Assembly: GCF_001447785.1 (NCBI RefSeq)
Contig: NW_015166508.1
Coordinates: 62,001-126,000 of the forward strand
Direction of reading: 5' to 3'
From: Gekko japonicus
Lineage: Eukaryota
DNA: 64,000 bases
Shown here: in pieces, positions 1 through 10,904 of the stretch
Layout of the letters: each line of letters opens with the position of its first letter
Numbering within the stretch: the stretch's first letter is position 1
Notes under the pieces: generated by a model
Database searches by the model: none
Seen by the model: the letters and a program-made list of their open reading frames with translations, nothing else
What the model was told of the DNA's origin: nothing
Position numbers and translations under genes: made by a program

Positions 1-258
1 TGACTGTAAGCCACCTTGTCTGCATAATGAAAGGGAAAGACGACCCCCCCCCTTTAAAAAAAAAAGAAACCCATTTGCCACAGATGCAAACAGACTAGGT
101 TAGATGGAGGCAAACTGACTACAGGAAAGGAGTTGGGTCTGAGCCTCCAAATGTCAAACCCCTTCTTTAAGTCAACATTTGCTGCTTATATTTACCAGTG
201 CCAACATTTACAGCATTAGATCCTTCCAAGCTCACTGATATCAATGGGCTTGGAAAGG

Positions 259-950
259 TAGTAATAATAATAGTAATATACTTTATTGTCATTGTACATA
301 GTACAATGAAATTAAGATGCAATCATTTCGGTGATCTACAATATTCATATACACTCACACAACCATTCACAACTATCTCATAACCAATGTTCCCTCTAAG
401 CTGTGGAGTCTTGTGAGCAAAAATTCTACTTTGTGAGCTACCAGCATTAAAGTTGTGAGCAGGTGATTTGGCTGCTGCATAAATCAGTTTGCTTTGGAAC
501 CATCCTTCCTGAGCTAAGACCAAAATCTGTGAGCCGGAGGCTAAAAAAAATGTGAGCTAGCTCACACTAACTCAGCTTAGAAGGAACATTGCTCATAACT
601 CCCTTAAGGTTCACATAGCAACTTAAAACCACTAATGTCACCCAAATTCCAATTTCATACAGCATTTAAGGCAGTGATAGCTCTCGAATAAAAACTATTT
701 TTAATCTGTTTGTGCTTGTTTTAATTGTCCTATATCTTCTGCCCGAAGGCAGCAGTTCAAACAGGGAATGTCCAGGGTGTGACAAATCCTGCAGAATGTT
801 CTTTGCTTTTTTCAAACATCGAGAACTATACAATTCCTCCAGGAATGGGAGTGGGCAGCCAATGATCTTCTGGGCTGTGATGATAACTCTCTGGAGTGCT
901 TTCCTATCCACAGCCGTACAACTGGCAAACCAGGTACATACCACCACTGC
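259..950 (-). mobile_element. Rex1/Babar-like LINE 3' fragment (RT C-terminus plus 3' UTR), interrupted by a hAT MITE at 385-591
   Basis: ORF 666-947 (WFASCTAVDRKALQRVIITAQKIIG...LSHPGHSLFELLPSGRRYR) resembles the Rex1/Babar C-terminus; AT-rich tail with minus-strand AATAAA near 281. Confidence 0.75.
385..591. mobile_element. hAT MITE family A, copy 1
   Basis: TIRs CAATGTTCCCTCTAAGCTG / CAGCTTAGAAGGAACATTG; perfect 8-bp TSD CTCATAAC (377-384 and 592-599). Confidence 0.9.
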
Positions 951-3376
951 TTAGAAATGCACTGTACATTTACCCGTTACAGATTTAAACATGTAATCTA
1001 TTCATAGTGAACATTATTAAGAAACTGGGATCCAAAATTTATGTCCGCCATGAATTATCTGGATATGTGTCTTAAGAGGTCTCTTTTGTTGACCCATTTT
1101 AGATTTAGTGGTTATTCCAAACTGCCAGATATCCTGAAGTTTCTACAAGCAGGACATGACAGCAACAGCCTTGTTGTTCATCTCAAAAAAGAGGCAGTGA
1201 CTGTTGAAAATTTAGGCATCATAGCTAATAGAGGTTGATGGACCTGCCCTCCATTAATAACCTTTTCACATTATCTAATAACAACTCATACATTAAGGAG
1301 TACAGAGGCTGGGTCTGTGATACATACATATGAACTAGGGGTTCTCCTCCATTCCCATGCACGTAGTGCCCAGTTTGGATTGTGACTATGGTGCACACGG
1401 ACAAAGGGCTTCACCCTTCCCCTTCTCACTATTTTCTTGACCTGCAAAAGGTCTGAGGTGTGCTGTTTGGTCCAAGAGAGAAACCCACACATACACTTGT
1501 GTGTTTCCCCAACTGGAGTTGCCAACAGGCCTGCAGAAAAACGTTCTGCCCCTTTTACAGAAGCATAGTATGTGGAAATAGATGGCTGAAGCTTTTCATG
1601 GCACGGGGTTAATAACACAACTTTCAATCTCTATTAAAGGGAGAGGACATTTTTTTCCTCTCCGATAAGTTTGCAGCCTTACTCACCACATAAACCAGAA
1701 CCAGCCAAGCTTAAAGTGCCTTTGAGCATCTGAGCCTTTCTCTCATTAACACCCTCTAACTCACAAAACCCAGAAGCACACAGTCTGCCTCTGCACCCTC
1801 ACACATTAACAAGCAGTACCCATCACCATATGACAAGCACACACAGAATCAGAAGGGTTGACAAGCAGGATTGAAATAACTGGGAAAATGCAATGCAGGT
1901 TCAGAAGAGAGTTCGAAGTTGCACGTTATTTCTGAGAATCCAGAAACTGTTTTTATCAATGGACACAGTATGCAAAAATCAGCCTCCCTCAGTCCCCTCA
2001 AAATCCTCGAGCAGCTTGGCAAGTCAATAGATAGGGAATTTCCTCAAACACACAGCAATCAAGTATGCTTATTATATTGTAAGCCACCTTGAGCTCCGTA
2101 TGGAAGAAAGTTGGCTAATTAATGTTTTAAATAAATAAAATATGCTTATTTAGGAATAAATCCCAGTGGATTGAAAGGGACTGACTTCTTAGTAACCATG
2201 CACAGGATTATTCTGCAGCCTTTAAGAAGAGCCCTGCTGAATTCCATCTAGTTCACCATCCTGTTTCCCACCATGGCTAAGCAGATGTTCCCAGGAAGCT
2301 AGATGGTGAGGCTGGATGGTGATGCCTTCCACATGGGTTATCTGCCTTGAGTTCAATGCTTTTGGGAAGTGAGTTTTCTTCCTGCTTCCCCAACAGCATT
2401 ATGGTGCACTTGGGAACCCCCAGGGGTTTCCCCTGCTTTTCTCCAATATTACTAAAATGTTATTTGCTCTGAAGTTTTGGGAAAGATTGCAAGTCCCTGT
2501 GGCTTCCATTCCCCCCACAGATACTTGGGGGGATGCTTTTATTTTTTTTAAAACCAACAAACAGGTCCCGGGCCACAGACGGCGCCTGACAGGGTATAAA
2601 TTGGAAGTAAATAAGTAGATAAATACGGAAGGCATAGGACATTTGCTCTCCAGGCAGTTGGCAACCCTAAGAGAGCCTTCAATTATGATCCTAAGTCTCA
2701 GCAGATTTGTACTGCAGGAAGAGACCCTAAAAACATTCTGGTCTAAAATCATATAGTGCTTTATAAGCCAAAGCCATTGCTCTGAACTGTGCACAAGAAG
2801 AAACAGATATTTATGCAAAAACTTACCATCCATATCTTTGTAGTCTTGTGGAAGCATCTGGAGCTGTGCTGTGGCAAGGTCTAGCATGCTAGAAGAGCAG
2901 AACAGATAAGACAGCATTACCTCTCCCTGTGCTTTTATAGTTGCAAAACCCCTCCTGCCCCCAGACTCATCAGGTATAGTTGCCTGGCTACTGATTAGTT
3001 TACTTAAAATAATTCCATCGGGACTCCTGAAACCATCCCTGAAGACCTGATCTAATTTAATTTGATTAAAAGCTTTTTTTCCCTTTCACAGTTCCCCCGA
3101 GTATCTTTGTCACTCTATGGATTGAATTGCTGCAGAAAACAACTGGCAGTTGAAGTTATCTTATCGTGACTGCATGAGATGGAAGCTTCAGTCTGGCCTC
3201 CCCTTCAGTGTTGCATTCATGTGATGTTTTCCTGCATTACATCAGATGCTTCAACCACAATCTAGGGAGGGAGAGGAAGACATTTCTTTTGCTCTTTCTC
3301 TGTAGTCACAACTAGGGACTGGATAACTAGGCTGGTTAGATAGTGCCAAGAAAACATGTCCTTTCTTTTCTGATCA

Positions 3377-3556
3377 AGATGAATAGTTTGTCTGTAGCAG
3401 CAGAAAAGAGCAGGAGTCCAGTAGCACCTTAAAGATTAACAAAATTTGTGGCAGGGTATGAGCTTCCGTGAGTCACTGGTATCTGAAGAAGTGAGCAGCG
3501 ACTCACGAAAGTTCATACCCTGCCACAAATTTTGTTAATCTTTAAGGTGCTCCTGG
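3377..3556. mobile_element. Penelope-like element (PLE)-derived palindromic repeat (inverted pseudo-LTR arrangement)
   Basis: Near-perfect inverted arms (about 3418-3475 vs 3500-3556): GCACCTTAAAGATTAACAAAATTTGTGGCAGGGTATGA / TCATACCCTGCCACAAATTTTGTTAATCTTTAAGGTGC; truncated by the gap. Confidence 0.7.
3478..3519 (+). ncRNA. Minimal type I hammerhead ribozyme motif
   Basis: GGTAT-CTGAAGA(A)-GTGAG-cagcga-CTCAC-GAAA-gt-TC-ATACC: helix I GGTAT/ATACC, helix II GTGAG/CTCAC, conserved core boxes, predicted cleavage after C3514. Confidence 0.65.
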
Positions 3557-4106
3557 NNNNNNNNNNNNNNNNNNNNNNNNNNNNNNNNNNNNNNNNNNNN
3601 NNNNNNNNNNNNNNNNNNNNNNNNNNNNNNNNNNNNNNNNNNNNNNNNNNNNNNNNNNNNNNNNNNNNNNNNNNNNNNNNNNNNNNNNNNNNNNNNNNNN
3701 NNNNNNNNNNNNNNNNNNNNNNNNNNNNNNNNNNNNNNNNNNNNNNNNNNNNNNNNNNNNNNNNNNNNNNNNNNNNNNNNNNNNNNNNNNNNNNNNNNNN
3801 NNNNNNNNNNNNNNNNNNNNNNNNNNNNNNNNNNNNNNNNNNNNNNNNNNNNNNNNNNNNNNNNNNNNNNNNNNNNNNNNNNNNNNNNNNNNNNNNNNNN
3901 NNNNNNNNNNNNNNNNNNNNNNNNNNNNNNNNNNNNNNNNNNNNNNNNNNNNNNNNNNNNNNNNNNNNNNNNNNNNNNNNNNNNNNNNNNNNNNNNNNNN
4001 NNNNNNNNNNNNNNNNNNNNNNNNNNNNNNNNNNNNNNNNNNNNNNNNNNNNNNNNNNNNNNNNNNNNNNNNNNNNNNNNNNNNNNNNNNNNNNNNNNNN
4101 NNNNNA
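3557..4106. other. Assembly gap (550 N)
   Basis: Run of N. Confidence 1.
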
Positions 4107-4414
4107 ATGAGTTCCTGCTGGACTTTTCTACAAAAAAAGCCTTGGGCTCCATCATTAACTGAATACAGGCAGAAGGGGCCCCTGAAATTTATTTAATGTT
4201 CTCATCCTTTCTCCAAACTGTTCATGGTGATGTTTTAATCTCACAGCAATTCTGTGAGGTAGACTAAGCTGAGCATGCCAGGAACTCATTCTGCCCAAAC
4301 CAGGTTTAGGTGCTAATAATGAAACAGCCAGTATCATAATGCCTGCAAGGTACAGCCACCTTTGGAATAGATCTCTACAGGTCTGGTCACTCCATCTTAA
4401 AAATAAGTAAGGGC

Positions 4415-4742
4415 TGGCAGCTTCTTTCTGCAGGGCTTGTAAGGGACAGCTGTTCCGCCAGGCTTTCGGCTGAGGAAGCGACAGGATAGCACATGGTCTG
4501 GTGCTCTTAGGTTTCCCAGCCCTCCTTACCTGCCCCCTTGTAGGCTCTGGGTAGTTTCAATTTTCTATTCGAATCATTTGTCACCTTGGAACTCCCTTTT
4601 ACTTATGACTCTGTATTGTGTTTCAATGCTGGATTAACTTAATTTGGATTACTGTGTTTTTATTCTGTTGTAACCCACCCTGGGCCCTGCTTCCAAGGAA
4701 GGGCGGCCAGAAGTCTAAACAATAAATGAATGAATAAATAAT
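4415..4742 (+). mobile_element. L2 LINE 3' end fragment
   Basis: CTGTTCCGCCAGGCTTT stop region like the L2 at 11430; L2-type terminal stem and AATAAATGAATGAATAAA tail. Confidence 0.6.
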
Positions 4743-4819
4743 TTCCCCCTGACAAGAGTAGTCTAAAAGAGCACCTTTTGGTTTAGAAAAACGATAACTG
4801 GGGGACGGGACGGGACGTT

Positions 4820-5258
4820 AGACGTCCATAAAATTAAGCATTATGTGGGAAAAGTAGATAGGGGGAGCTTTTTCTCCATCTCCCATAATATTAGAATTCA
4901 GGGGTACCCCATGAAGTTGCTGGATAGCAGATTCAGGACATACAAAAGGAAGTTCTGTACACCTCACACAATTTATTTGATTTATTAATGTAATTCAGTG
5001 CCACAAGAAGTAGCAATAGCCACTGGCTCAGACAGCTAGGTCTGTCAATAGCTATTAATCACAATAGCTATACGGAGCCTCCATGTTCAGAGGCAGTGTA
5101 CCTCTGAATAGCAGTTCCTGGGGGTGAGCAGCAAGAGAGCCTGTTCCCTTCATGTCCTGCATACGTGCTTCTCAAAGGCAACTGGTTGGCTGTGGAAACA
5201 GGATGCTAAACTAGATGAACTCTTAGTCTGATCCAGCAGGGTTGTTCTTACGGTTTTT
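4820..5258 (+). mobile_element. Old CR1-type LINE 3' fragment
   Basis: Degenerate CR1 C-terminus (...AGATTCAGGACATACAAAAGGAAG) and 3' UTR ending CTAGATG...TCTGATCCAGCAGGG...TTCTTA; similar tails at about 35510-35680, 41330-41500 and 58110-58300. Confidence 0.55.
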
Positions 5259-6168
5259 AAGTGTGGGATTACTCAAAACAATCCATGCTGAAGGCACAAA
5301 GGATCTCAACCCAATCTAGTGGATCTATTTGGGCCAACTGCCTATGCTTTCAATATTCTGGCATGAAGGAGAATGGCTGCTGTGGTTCTGTCAACCTGCA
5401 TGCATTCTTCTTTCAACTATCTAATTTTAGACTACAATTCTTCAGTTCGGGGCCTACCAAAATATAATAAACAGATTTCTAAAGCAGTATTTATAGCTAA
5501 ATATACAGAATAAACCCTAGAAGTCTGAGGAAACGCCGAAGACTGGACAGAGAACATGTTCCAAAAGGGAAAAAAAAAAATCATGCTACTGATGCAAAAT
5601 CTTGGACAAGCATGATCAGATAAGGGAGAAATTTTTGGATCTGTCTGAATAACAGACCAAGACAGCAATCCAGTACACACTTGGGAGCAGTAATAATTGT
5701 ACTCAGTGCTACATATTTCCCTGACTTAGCCTCACAGTCTCCTTTCCCTGACTTTCCCCTCTCCTCCCCATTTTTTCTATTATTTTAAAAAAATGTTGTT
5801 AGTGGCATTTGGTAGGGACGGGACGGCTAGGGCAGGGTAATGGGAGAGGCAGGATAGAATAAAAGGATATTTTAGGGTTCCGATTGGCTTTACTGCATTG
5901 CCAGTCTGAACGTAAGTAAAACAAGCAGGGTTTGCTGAATGATCATTCAAAGTCATGGCTGGCCTTCTTACCCAGATTTCATTACCTACATGGAGGCCAG
6001 CACACTGCTGTTACTTTCAGTGATTTGCAAAATAGGAAAGAGAGAGCGCGAGCAGATATGTTTTCAGTCTGGGTTTTCTACGTCCAGTTCCATACTCCAT
6101 CTAACAAACTTCACTGCCTCTTAAATCATACTGTAGTTATACAGTACTTTCCCCTAACTGTTCAAAGA

Positions 6169-6393
6169 TAGGGTTGCCAACATCCAGGTGGGAGCTGGAG
6201 ATCTCCTGGAATTACAACTGATCCCCAGACTACATAAATAACTTATTTATTTATTCCACTCCTCCTAGAGAAAACGGCTGCTTTGGAAGATGGATTGTGT
6301 GGCATCATGCCCTACACCCAAGGCCCCTCCCCTCCCTAAACCCTACTCTTCTCAAGTCTCTAGGTATTTCTGAACCCAGAGGTGGCAACCCTA
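6169..6393 (+). mobile_element. hAT (Blackjack-like) MITE with TIR TAGGGTTGCCA
   Basis: TAGGGTTGCCA...TGGCAACCCTA; homologous to the copies at 23602 and 31678. Confidence 0.75.
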
Positions 6394-6554
6394 GAAAGAA
6401 ATGCCATCTCAGTAACACTTGCATAAACCCCGTTATTATTTCCATATTACAGCCAACCAAACCTGAGCCAAGACTTGAATCTGTGGCTTCTGGTCATGCT
6501 TATAATCAATAAGTGACATACAATACAATCCTAAACAGAATTACGCCTTTCTAA

Positions 6555-6904
6555 GCTGTGGTGGCTCAAGTGGTTAAGACGCTAAACTGCAGGCTGTGGA
6601 AGGTCAGTAGTTCAGCAGTTCAAGACCCGGGTGCCGCAAGACGGGGTGAGCTCCCGTCTCTAGTTCCAGCTCCTGCCAACCTAGCAGTTCGAAAGCAAGA
6701 AATTGCAAGTAGATAAATAGGTACCACTTCGGTGGGAAGGTAACAGCGTTCCGTGCGCCTTGGTGTTTAGTCATGCCGGCCACATGACCACGGAAACGTC
6801 TTCGGACAGCGCTGGCTCTTCGGCTTTGAAACGGAGATGAGCACCGCAACCCTAGAGTCAGATTCGACTGGCTTTCGAGCAAGGGAACCTTTACCTTTAC
6901 CTTT
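6555..6904 (+). mobile_element. Sauria SINE (Squam1)
   Basis: tRNA-like head (GTGGCTCAAGTGGTTAA, GTTCAAGACC), body CCAACCTAGCAGTTCGAAAGC...GATAAATAGGTACCAC, (ACCTTT)n tail; near-identical copies at 27817 and 38673. Confidence 0.9.
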
Positions 6905-7246
6905 AAGACCATTGATTCAGTGGACTTTGCAGGGTGCAACTGTGTTTAGGACTGGATCATTAACGCTTCTAAACTATGAGCCTTAAGAACATTTGAATAC
7001 TTGCTGAAATTGTGCCACACAATTCATACTATCACATGGAGGAGCATCTATGTAATACACAAATACAAAGGAATAAACAGTATTGAATTAGACTGAGGAT
7101 CAATCTCCAGATATCCATATGGACACAGTTTTATTTATTTATATATTTATTCCTTGCTTTTCTCCCCAGTGGGAACCCAAAGCAGCTTTCAACATTGTTC
7201 GCTTCTCTTCCATTTAATCCTCACAACAACCAGTTATAAGGTGGGT

Positions 7247-7878
7247 TGGCAAATAGAAGGGGAAGTCGTGGAAGTAGTGACAGACTTCACATTCCTGGGA
7301 TCCCAGATCACGGCAGACAGTGACAGCAGCCATGAAATTAAAAGACTCCTGCTCCTTGGGAGGAAAGCAATGGCGAACCTAAACAGCATGATAAAAAGTA
7401 GAGACATCACCCTGCCAACAAAAGTCCGCATGGTCAAAGCAATTCATGTATGGCTGTGAGAGTTGGACTATAAGGAAGGCCGAGCGCCGAAGAATAGATT
7501 CTTTTGAACTATGGTGCTGGAGAAGACTCTTGAGAGTCCCTTGGACTGCAAGGAGATCATATCAGTCAATCCTAAAAGAAATCAACCCTGACTGTTCCCT
7601 GGAAGGCCAGATAATGAAACTGAAGCTCAAATACTTCGGCCACCAAATGAGAAGGGAGCACTCACTGGAGAAGACCCTGATGCTGGGAAAGATTGAAGGT
7701 CAAAGGAGACGGGAACGGCAAAGGATGAGATGGTTAGACAGTGTCATAGATGCAACGAACATGAAACTGAGTCAACTGAGTCAACTTCAGAGGACAGCGG
7801 AAGACAGGAAGGCTTGGCGGGATCTTGTCCATGGGGTCGCAAAGAGTCGGACTCGACTGTGCGACTGAACAACAACAA
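7247..7878 (+). mobile_element. BovB (RTE clade) LINE, 5'-truncated
   Basis: ORFs 7154-7459 and 7446-7868 (EVVTDFTFLGSQITADSDSSHEIKRLLLLGRKAM; MYGCESWTIRKAERRRIDSFELWCWRRLLRVPWTARR); (CAA)n tail. Confidence 0.95.
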
Positions 7879-7903
7879 AGGCTGAGAGTGACTGGCCTAA
7901 GGT

Positions 7904-8296
7904 TAGAGTTGCCAGTCGCCAGTTGGGGGTGGGGAATTCCCCGGTTTTGACCCCTCCTCCACTTCAGGACTATCCAAAAATGGGGGAAATTACCCCCCCC
8001 CCCAAACAGGCAAGAAGCCAGAAATAAATGTGACATGCCTATGCAACCCGGAAGTGACGTAGGCACTTCGGTGACGTGGTGTGATGTTCTGGTTTTGGAG
8101 CAAAACTCTATGGTAAGACGCTAATTCTATCATAGAGTTTTGCCCAAAACCCAGATAATCGGCACTCCCCCCCAAGTCCCTACGTCACTTCTGGGTGACG
8201 TAGGCATGTCATGTTTATTTCCGGCTTCGGAATACCATGCTCTTGGTAAGTTTGCCCCATCCCCTGCCCACTCGTCTGACAGACCTGGCAACCCTA
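7904..8296. mobile_element. hAT (Blackjack-like) MITE with an internally palindromic body
   Basis: TIRs TAGAGTTGCCAG / CTGGCAACCCTA; imperfect 8-bp TSD CCTAAGGT / CTAAAGGT. Confidence 0.75.
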
Positions 8297-8370
8297 CTAA
8301 AGGTCACCCAGCAAGCTTCTGTAGCAAAGAGGGGATTTGAATCTGGGTCTCCTAGTCCGACACTCCAACC

Positions 8371-8832
8371 CAGTGGACCCCAACATTTTTAAGCCAGTGG
8401 ACACCTTTGAATTTTGACACAGGATGCTATGAACAGCCACAAAATGGCTGCTGCCAGAGGTGTAGCCCACCACAGTGCCAGGGAGTGAGGGAATACATAA
8501 CTCTACTAGTACTGTAATATTTAAAGCAGAAGCACTGCTTAACAGGACATCTCTTTAAATAAATGTACTGTTTGGAAATATTTTCCTGCTTACACACAGC
8601 TTATCTCTAAGCACACAGTGAATATCTTTGTGCTGTGGTGGCACCTACTACCAAAGCAACCTCTTTTTTTAACGAATCTGCACAGTCAATCAGCTCTCTG
8701 AAGGCCAATCAGAAAGTCTGCTGGGCAAAAGCCTCATCTGGTCCCACCAACTTTCTAAGAACACTTGACAGGTGTTAAGGAAGGAACTGTTGGGTGCCGC
8801 GGCACCCACAGACACCATATCAGGGACCTTTG
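8371..8832. mobile_element. hAT (Charlie-like) non-autonomous element
   Basis: CAGTGGACCCCAAC...GGGACCTTTG ends; TSD CTCCAACC / CTCTAACC. Confidence 0.75.
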
Positions 8833-9093
8833 CTCTAACCATTACATGTACTACACATGGAACATTACAGTATTTGAAATTCATATTTCAAGTACTTAAT
8901 TTTTTTAATCTGAAGTACCCAATTGTTCAGGAGGGCTTTTTTACTGTAGTCATTGTTAGTATCTATGAATGTTTAAAGTTGTTTGCTTTGGCTTATATAT
9001 ATAAATAACTGTTTAGGACAGCCTTTCTATAAAGGCAATGGGGTCATAGTTAATGCCTGTGAAATCTTGGTTTTCATTGCTTTATTCATTGTA

Positions 9094-10045
9094 CTAGGAA
9101 TAAGGCCCGTTGTGGAAATAAATAGAAAGAGGCTCTGGGAGAGTGCCCCGGCCTTGGGCACTCAGTGTTAATTTGCTGTGGCGACCTCAGCAGGGTATGA
9201 CACCAAGTCCACCATTTTCTCCAGAGGAACTGATCCCTGCTACCTGAAGAACAGTTGTAATTTTGAGTGATCTCCAGCCCTCACCTGGAGATTGGCAACA
9301 ATGGTTCCCCATGACGGAATGGCTGGTTTGGAGGGTGGAGTCTATGGCATTGTACCTGTCCGAGGTCCCACACCTCCTCAAACCTCACCCTCTCCAGGCT
9401 CCATCCCTGATATCTCCAGGAATTTCCCACCTGGAGTTGGCAACCCTATCTTCTTCCCAGCCAATCATCAACCTACCTATATTTCCCTCTCACTCTTCAG
9501 CTTTCCACCCCCCCTCACGTGCAGCCTCTACCATGCTCTGAAGCCCTGACTGCTACGTCACATTGGCTGTCATACAGGGCTCATCTCAGCAGGATATAAG
9601 GACACAGTGTCCACCATTTTCTCCAGGGGAACTGATCTCTGCCATCTGGAAAGCAGTTGTAATTCTGAGTGATCTTCATCCCTCAACTGGAGATTGGCAA
9701 CAATGGTTTCTCCCAACAGGCACTAAGGGTACCTCAGAACACATTTTACCTCAGAACAGCAACAGCAAACTGTTTAGAATGTTAGAGGCAAAGGCTTCTA
9801 ACAACCTCTGTGCTCTGAGGCAAAAGCCAATCAGGCGACATATGCAAATAACCTCTGTGTTCTAACTGGCTATGGGGGGGAGAGGAACAGCAAACTGTTT
9901 AGAATGTTGGAGGCGAGACTCAGGCAACGCAGCCAGTGGATAGGGACAGCTTCTGGCTGACAGATCACGGAGCCAAAGGCTGTGGGCGCTGTGTGGAATG
10001 TTCAGCAGTGTGCCACCACCAACAAAGAATTATTATATAGAGAGA
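9094..10045 (-). mobile_element. Probable non-autonomous Helitron
   Basis: Minus strand begins A|TCTCTCTATATAATAA and ends with a degenerate hairpin (...CAACGGGCC) then CTAG|T; no TSD. Confidence 0.65.
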
Positions 10046-10904
10046 TACATTAAACTGTTGCACTTTCTCTAACTCTGTAATCTAGTTTTGTTTCTTATTT
10101 GTTGCATGTACCATATTGCTTTATTGTATGTAGTATACAGTACACACTGTATTCTAATGTGTAATCCTGTTTTATTGCATTGTTTGTCTGTATTATACTG
10201 TTTAGACTGCATTTTCTTAAACTGTGTAATCCACCTTGAGTCTCAATGAGAAAGAAAAGCTATAAACAAATGCTATATACATGCCGTTAGTAGTATGCAT
10301 TGGAATCCCTTCTCTTCTTGTAGTATTTTATATTTTATCACTGAAGGGTGTGTGTGTGTGTGTGTGTGTATAACAAATACAAGTAAAACCATCTCAATGC
10401 CGAAAACAAGCCACAGTTAGGGGAAAGTTTTAGGAGCCTTTTCTAGTAAATCTTTAGTTCTCCTTTTTCTCAAAAAATATACTGACTGCAACCCAACACA
10501 GAGGCTGGTGTTCTTCAGCCATTTTATTTCAATGGGCTTAAGCCAGTGATTCCGAATGGGGTCCATACAGCCCCCCCCCAGATGAACATCTACAAATCTT
10601 GGGGGCATTCACAACTTTTAGTTAGCAAATGGGGAGATCTGGGAGCAAATCTGAGATTTGAGGTAATTCCCTCTTCCTACTTGCAATGGCTTCTGCCAGG
10701 AAATGAACAAGAGCTGTTCTATACTGTTCATGAGAAAATTCCAGATTCTAGCTTTCTCCTACAGGCTCTTGAAAAAGGGCCACGCAGCAATAAGAATCAA
10801 AACTAACATTAAGGAGTTGGCTGATGGTTAGCAGCATAAGGATCTTACTGAATGTATGCTCCAGATCAGTGTAGTATGCACATACAGCATGGACAGTGTT
10901 GCCT

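Larger units (their letters stand above)
7130..8850 (-). mobile_element. Old tRNA/CORE-type SINE split into pieces by three later insertions
   Basis: Segments 7130-7246, 7879-7903, 8297-8370 and 8833-8850 rejoin into a SINE matching the intact copy at 55345-55575. Confidence 0.7.

Noticed and set aside
1-45. Apparent minus-strand splice acceptor at the window edge
   Set aside because: TGTAAGCCACCTT...GAAAG matches the L2-type SINE tail common in this window.
3532-4155. Long ORFs of X residues
   Set aside because: Artefacts of the N gap.
6555-6635. tRNA genes at SINE 5' ends
   Set aside because: Only Pol III A/B boxes of SINE heads; no complete cloverleaf.
10827-10850. miR-15/16-like seed TAGCAGCA
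   Set aside because: The rest does not match a mature miRNA I know, and I see no hairpin.
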